Shown here piece after piece: positions 59,141 to 64,000 of a stretch of 64,000 bases of DNA. Position numbers and translations under genes: made by a program. Where the stretch lies: assembly GCA_049421205.1 (NCBI GenBank), contig JBMSMQ010000002.1, positions 68,430 through 132,429 of the forward strand, in the 5' to 3' direction. Source of the stretch: Candidatus Nanopelagicales bacterium (GTDB lineage Bacteria; Actinomycetota; Actinomycetes; S36-B12; UBA5976). Below the pieces are notes generated by a model. That model saw only the letters and a list, made by a program, of their open reading frames with translations, did no database searches and was not told the DNA's origin. How positions within the stretch are numbered: position 1 is the stretch's first letter; each line of letters starts with the position of its first letter.

Positions 59141-59926
59141 TTAAATCTTAAAGAATCCCAAAAACTCTAATCCGAATCGAATAAGGATGAAGCCTATTGC
59201 CCACAGTAAAAATACGCGAACAAACCGAGATCCTCGCTTGATTGCCAAGTTTGACCCGACGATTCCTCCAGTCAAATTTGCAATGGCCATCGAGAATCCC
59301 AAGAGCCACCAGATATTTCCAGTAAAACCAAACACCAGAATAGAAGCCAAGTTTGTCGCGATATTAATGAATTTCGCAGAGGCTGAGGCTTTGAGAAAGG
59401 AAAGTCCATACTGCAATACCAAGAGCAGAATGAGAAATATTCCTGTTCCCGGCCCAATTGCACCGTCATAAAATCCGATGCCAAAGCACACAGCGAAAGA
59501 TGCGGTTGATCCCCAATGATTCGTCTGAGAGGGCACTTCGTCTCGGGCGTTTACCCTGAGTGTGACCACCCACATTACCGATAACACGATGAAGATGATG
59601 GGGCGAAAAACTTCTGGATTCAGGGAGACTGCCACTATCGTCCCGCAGAGAGAGCCGAGAAATGCGCCAAGAATCATCGGCTTCAAAAGAGTTGGATTTG
59701 GTTTGATTGTTCTTGAATAATTTCTTGCTGCCGCACTTGTTCCAACGATACTACTAACCTTGTTTGTCCCAAGGGCAAGTGCAGTTGCATCGGCCGGAAG
59801 TGCAATGAGAAGTGCTGGAAGTTGAATTAATCCACCACCACCACCAATTGCATCGAGCCATCCCGCTAAAAATGCGGCACACAAAAGAGCAACAAAAACC
59901 CAGAGGGTCAGGTCAGGTAGTAACAA
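59141..59926 (-). CDS. TauE/SafE (DUF81) family anion exporter membrane protein
   Basis: 261 aa, 7-8 TM segments. [19 protein letters not shown]. The TTG start overlaps the proS end by 14 nt. Confidence 0.8.
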   Translation of the reverse strand: MLLPDLTLWVFVALLCAAFLAGWLDAIGGGGGLIQLPALLIALPADATALALGTNKVSSIVGTSAAARNYSRTIKPNPTLLKPMILGAFLGSLCGTIVAVSLNPEVFRPIIFIVLSVMWVVTLRVNARDEVPSQTNHWGSTASFAVCFGIGFYDGAIGPGTGIFLILLLVLQYGLSFLKASASAKFINIATNLASILVFGFTGNIWWLLGFSMAIANLTGGIVGSNLAIKRGSRFVRVFLLWAIGFILIRFGLEFLGFFKI

Positions 59927-61694
59927 TCAAATCTCGTATCTTTTTCACATCGTTAATGCCGAAGAGATGCACCTCGGAGGTTTTACGGTTCTTCAATTCG
60001 ATTTCCCCAGAACTGAGTTTCTTTCCTACAACCAAAATCCACGGTATTCCCAAAAGTTCTGAGTCATTGAATTTCACGCCAACACTAATACCTTGTCGAT
60101 CATCAAGAAGTGAACTTAATCCGAGATCTTCAAGTTGGTCTGCTAACTTTTCTGCGGCCACGAAAATCTCCTCATCTTTTCCTGCAGCCACGATATGGAC
60201 ATCGGCAGGAGCTATCTCTCGAGGCCAAATTAAACCCGAATCATCATTGCTTTGTTCCGCAACGACTGCAACTAATCGAGAAACGCCGATTCCGTAGGAA
60301 CCCATAGTTGGGGTGATTCGTTTACCTTGTTCATCAAGTACTGAAAGTTCAAGTGCTTCTGCGTATTTTCTTCCTAACTGGAAAATATGACCGATTTCAA
60401 TTCCTCGCTCTGCTCTCAACTGTCCACCTTGACACTTTGGACAGGCATCTCCATCTCGCACGTCAGCCGCTTCAATTGTGCCATCGGGATTAAAGTCACG
60501 CCCCATCATCAAGTTATATGCATGTTTCCCAGATTGATTTGCACCCGAAATCCAGAGTGATCCAGTAACAATGCGAGGATCAACTAGGTAACGGATGCCA
60601 GTTTGGCTTTTTTCTCCAAGGATGCTCGGTCCTATGTAACCTTTTACTAAGAGAGGATTCTTTGCAAAATCTTCGTCACTGAGAACTTCTGCTTCCAGAG
60701 GATGGATTGCGGCTTCAAGTCGCTTTATATCCACTTCTCGATCCCCTGGTACTCCAATAGCGAGCAATGATTCAGCACCATCTGGTGCAGTAACTTTAAA
60801 CATCACATTTTTCAACGTATCTGCAGCGATCCATTCGCGATCTTTTCGCTGTAGGTCGCCTCTCGTGTTAAACAGATTCACGAGCGATTCAATGGTTGGT
60901 GAGTCTGGGGTATCTGCCACTACACATACTGGAGTACTCGACACTTGAAGATGCTCTGGTGCTTGAGTTTCCACTGCCTCTACATTTGCCGCGAATCCAC
61001 AATCTGCGCATTGGACAAACGTGTCTTCACCATCATTGCAGTATGCAAGAAATTCTTCTGACTTTGAACCACCCATTGCGCCTGACATTGCAGAAACGAT
61101 GACGTAGTGAAGTTGAAGGCGATCAAACGTGGATCGATATGCGTCACGATGCTTCAGGTATGAAATCTCTAAGCCAGCATCACTACTATCAAAAGAATAT
61201 GAATCCTTCATAACGAATTCTCGTCCACGTAATATTCCAGCGCGAGGACGCGCTTCATCACGATACTTTGTTTGAATCTGATAAATAGATAAAGGTAAAT
61301 CTTTATAAGATGAAAACTCACCTTTGACCATTAAAGTAAACATCTCTTCGTGAGTTGGGCCTAAGAGGTAGTCATTCTTTTTTCGATCCTGAAGTCGAAA
61401 GAGTGTGTCACCGTATTCATTCCATCGGTTAGTCACATCGAATGGTTCACGCGGTAAGAGCGCTGGAAAGTGGACTTCCTGAAAACCAGCAGCATCCATC
61501 TCTTGACGAACAATGTTTTCTATCTTTCGATAGACAAGATATCCAAGAGGTAGCCATGAGAATATCCCCGGTGCAATGCGGCGAACATAACCGGCTCGAA
61601 CCAATAATTTATGACTGATGAGCTCTGCATCTGCAGGATCGTCCCTGAGTGTTCGCAAGAACAATGATGACATTCGTAGCACAGTGGCCTCCAC
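59913..61694 (-). CDS. proS: Proline--tRNA ligase (bacterial type with INS editing domain)
   Basis: 593 aa in the ORF track. The true start is probably GTG 61682 or ATG 61673 (…[30 protein letters not shown]). Confidence 0.95.
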   Translation of the reverse strand: MEATVLRMSSLFLRTLRDDPADAELISHKLLVRAGYVRRIAPGIFSWLPLGYLVYRKIENIVRQEMDAAGFQEVHFPALLPREPFDVTNRWNEYGDTLFRLQDRKKNDYLLGPTHEEMFTLMVKGEFSSYKDLPLSIYQIQTKYRDEARPRAGILRGREFVMKDSYSFDSSDAGLEISYLKHRDAYRSTFDRLQLHYVIVSAMSGAMGGSKSEEFLAYCNDGEDTFVQCADCGFAANVEAVETQAPEHLQVSSTPVCVVADTPDSPTIESLVNLFNTRGDLQRKDREWIAADTLKNVMFKVTAPDGAESLLAIGVPGDREVDIKRLEAAIHPLEAEVLSDEDFAKNPLLVKGYIGPSILGEKSQTGIRYLVDPRIVTGSLWISGANQSGKHAYNLMMGRDFNPDGTIEAADVRDGDACPKCQGGQLRAERGIEIGHIFQLGRKYAEALELSVLDEQGKRITPTMGSYGIGVSRLVAVVAEQSNDDSGLIWPREIAPADVHIVAAGKDEEIFVAAEKLADQLEDLGLSSLLDDRQGISVGVKFNDSELLGIPWILVVGKKLSSGEIELKNRKTSEVHLFGINDVKKIRDLIVTT

Positions 61695-61727
61695 TGGACA
61701 AACCTACTAGTGATAAGCCCCTGGACA

Positions 61728-62555
61728 TCAGAGATCAAGAAAAATGGTGGAATACCTCGCAATTTCCTTGAACCCAAGACTCTGATATAACTTCAGTGCA
61801 GGAATATTAAAATCGTTCACGTAGAGTGTAATTCGAGGTGCAATATCACGCTGTATAACTGAAATCGCTTCAGCAAAAAGCGCTGACGACTTCGCTTTCC
61901 CTCGCCATTCAGGATGTAACCACACCCCTTGAACTTGGCACACATTCTCATAGCAAATTGGGATATCTACCTTGAATCGCAACGTACCATATTCATCAAA
62001 ATAACCGATGCATCGCTTCTTCATAATTTGCTCATAGAGTCTGGATTTATAGTTGTCTAGATTAATAGGCGCTCTACCGACCTCACCAATAAACATTGAA
62101 TAGGAAGCATCAAAGTACTGCTCAAAATCATAGAGTTCTATATAACGAAGTGTTGGATTCGATGGCAATTCTCGAGTTTCATCAAGCACCATGTATGGTT
62201 GATACGCACGCAGATTTTGAATCGAGCGACTTTCATCAGAGACGGATAGCGCTTTCCAAAAGCAATTCACATCTTGATCAATCCCAACAATCGAAGCAAT
62301 CTGTGCATATTTCACGTATGCTGTTTTGGTAAAAATCTCTGCAGTGTCTGGGGATAGTGAAATTGGAACTACATTTCCTGACAAGTAGAGCATGGAAGAT
62401 ATGGAATCGCCATCAAGTATTGCAAGCGCAATCGATTCTTCACTCGGATGTTTCAGCAATCGTTCTGCAACAAATACATAGACGTCCATCTTATCTCGAA
62501 GAAATCGTTCAATGAGAGGGCGATCTTTGTCAATCAGTCTGTGTGGACGGTTCAT
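61728..62555 (-). CDS. GNAT-family N-acetyltransferase with N-terminal DUF4081-like domain (Rv2867c-like)
   Basis: 275 aa. The C-terminus has QGVWLHPEWRGKAKSSALF...ALKLYQSLGF. It is directly downstream of ispG, as in mycobacteria. Confidence 0.75.
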   Translation of the reverse strand: MNRPHRLIDKDRPLIERFLRDKMDVYVFVAERLLKHPSEESIALAILDGDSISSMLYLSGNVVPISLSPDTAEIFTKTAYVKYAQIASIVGIDQDVNCFWKALSVSDESRSIQNLRAYQPYMVLDETRELPSNPTLRYIELYDFEQYFDASYSMFIGEVGRAPINLDNYKSRLYEQIMKKRCIGYFDEYGTLRFKVDIPICYENVCQVQGVWLHPEWRGKAKSSALFAEAISVIQRDIAPRITLYVNDFNIPALKLYQSLGFKEIARYSTIFLDL

Positions 62556-63712
62556 CAGGGTGTGACGACTACAGGTGAACCTGTCTGTCCTTCCATAGTT
62601 GCGGCAAGCTTGTTTGCTTCTTCAATCAGAGTTGCAACAATGTCTGCTTCGGGAACTGTTTTAATGACTTCGCCTTTTACGAAAATTTGCCCCTTACCAT
62701 TTCCACTCGCCACACCGAGATCAGCCTCTCGGGCTTCACCAGGACCATTCACGACGCATCCCATCACCGCAACTCGAAGAGGAACTTTCATTCCCTCCAA
62801 ACCTGCAGTGACATCGTTCGCAAGCTTGTAAACATCTACTTGTGCTCGACCGCATGATGGACAAGAAACAATCTCGAGTCCTCGTCGGCGCAAATTCAAA
62901 GATTCAAGAATTTGTAACCCAACCTTGACCTCTTCAACTGGCGGCGCAGAAAGTGACACCCGAATAGTGTCGCCAATTCCTTGTGAGAGGAGTGCACCAA
63001 ATGCGACTGCGGATTTGATTGTTCCCTGAAAAGCAGGTCCGGCTTCTGTAACACCGAGATGAAGTGGATAGTCACACTGTTCTGCAAGCATCTGATACGC
63101 CAGCACCATAACAACCGGGTCATGGTGCTTGACTGAAATTTTGATGTCCCGAAAATCGTGTTCTTCAAACAAACTTGCTTCCCATAGCGCAGATTCCACG
63201 AGAGCTTCGGGGGTTGCTTTACCGTACTTCTTCAAAAGTCTCGGGTCCAGGGATCCAGCATTCACACCAATTCGGATTGGAGTTTGATGATCTTTTGCTG
63301 CTTTGGCAATCTCTTTGACTTTGTCATCAAACTGTTTGATGTTTCCAGGATTCACCCGGACCCCAGCACATCCTGCTTCAATTGCAGCAAAAACATACTT
63401 CGGTTGAAAATGAATGTCAGCAATGACTGGAATTCCTGACTTCTTAGCGATTGCAACAAGTGCATTTGCATCATCCTGACTTGGAACTGCTACTCGAACA
63501 ACCTGACAACCTGTGGCAGTTAACTCAGCAATCTGCTGAAGAGTTGCGTTGATATCGGCGGTGACTGTCGTCGTCATTGATTGAACCGATACCGGAGCAT
63601 CACCTCCGACTTCAACATTCTTAATGTGATGTTTCAAAACTATTTTTCGACTCTGCCTTCGAGGCCGGATAACAGGCGCTGGCATTTGGGGCATTCCAAG
63701 ATTAATTGTCAT
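62555..63712 (-). CDS. ispG: 4-hydroxy-3-methylbut-2-en-1-yl diphosphate synthase
   Basis: 385 aa. [27 protein letters not shown] and [10 protein letters not shown]. Confidence 0.95.
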   Translation of the reverse strand: MTINLGMPQMPAPVIRPRRQSRKIVLKHHIKNVEVGGDAPVSVQSMTTTVTADINATLQQIAELTATGCQVVRVAVPSQDDANALVAIAKKSGIPVIADIHFQPKYVFAAIEAGCAGVRVNPGNIKQFDDKVKEIAKAAKDHQTPIRIGVNAGSLDPRLLKKYGKATPEALVESALWEASLFEEHDFRDIKISVKHHDPVVMVLAYQMLAEQCDYPLHLGVTEAGPAFQGTIKSAVAFGALLSQGIGDTIRVSLSAPPVEEVKVGLQILESLNLRRRGLEIVSCPSCGRAQVDVYKLANDVTAGLEGMKVPLRVAVMGCVVNGPGEAREADLGVASGNGKGQIFVKGEVIKTVPEADIVATLIEEANKLAATMEGQTGSPVVVTP

Positions 63713-63732
63713 AGGTTAATTGTCTAATGAAA

Positions 63733-64000
63733 CTACCCAAAGAGCACGATGGGGTTGAAAATGTCTGCGACGATAACGATGAGTCCTGCCGAAAGCATAA
63801 GGGCCGCAACGACATAGGTCAGAGGTAAAGCACGGGCAGTGTCAATTGGGCCAGGATCAGGTAGTAGACGAAGCTTCGCATATCGTTTTCGGATGCCCTC
63901 AAAAATGGCTCCTGCAGCGTGCCCGCCATCAAGTGGAAGCAAAGGGACTAAATTGAAAATAAAGAGAAATAGATTGAGACTTGCTGCAAGTCCCAATAGA
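63733..64000 (-). CDS. M50 site-2 (RIP) metalloprotease, C-terminal part (5' end beyond window)
   Basis: NLVPLLPLDGGHAAG is the NxxPxxxLDGG motif. The reading frame stays open to the window edge. It lies upstream of ispG, as with Rv2869c rip1. Confidence 0.85.
   Translation of the reverse strand, partial: LLGLAASLNLFLFIFNLVPLLPLDGGHAAGAIFEGIRKRYAKLRLLPDPGPIDTARALPLTYVVAALMLSAGLIVIVADIFNPIVLFG

Noticed and set aside
1-64000. Mobile elements, prophage remnants, CRISPR arrays, toxin-antitoxin or defence islands, tRNA/rRNA genes
   Set aside because: I looked for integrase/transposase-like ORFs, inverted terminal repeats, regularly spaced repeats and cloverleaf-sized gaps. Every gap over 100 nt is accounted for by promoter or leader regions, and no such ORFs or repeats were seen.

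Overview
This 64-kb window is an almost gap-free chromosomal segment, roughly 95% coding by eye, from a streamlined actinobacterium. GC looks like the mid-40s % by eye; I did not compute it. From 17.5 kb rightwards, nearly everything is on the minus strand. The gene order there mirrors, from memory, the conserved Mycobacterium Rv2718c-Rv2869c backbone: nrdR(+nrdJ), LysM gene, lexA, dinG, sdaA, hflX, dapF, miaA, folD, miaB, mtnA, recX, recA, DUF3046, clgR, cinA, pgsA, rimO, ftsK, rnj, dapA, thyX, dapB, M16 peptidase, pnp, rpsO, ribF, truB, rbfA, infB, ylxR, nusA, rimP, proS, GNAT, ispG, rip. The left 17.5 kb is more accessory. It holds an SOS-box-controlled small-ORF+dnaE2 module, an AlkA-like glycosylase, an OafA-like acyltransferase, and a two-part carotenoid cluster. 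Part one is crtA-like, cruF-like, GT2 and crtD-like; part two is crtE, crtI and crtB. The cluster is interrupted by a CDP-alcohol phosphatidyltransferase and by a GT-C (MptB-like) membrane glycosyltransferase whose codons overlap both crtI and crtB. I found four good LexA boxes (TCGAAC-N4-GTTCGA type), tandem NrdR boxes and one clear intrinsic terminator. I saw no rRNA, tRNA, transposase, integrase, CRISPR or recognisable defence system. I do not see a dramatic novel system. The most unusual items are the GT-C gene inside the crt operon, the ImuA'/ImuB-less SOS mini-operon with a highly structured leader, and an aspartate-less OmpR-type regulator fused into an azlCD operon. All family calls rest on motif recognition by eye, with no database search. 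The taxonomic guess (freshwater acI/Nanopelagicales-like or similar) is weak.
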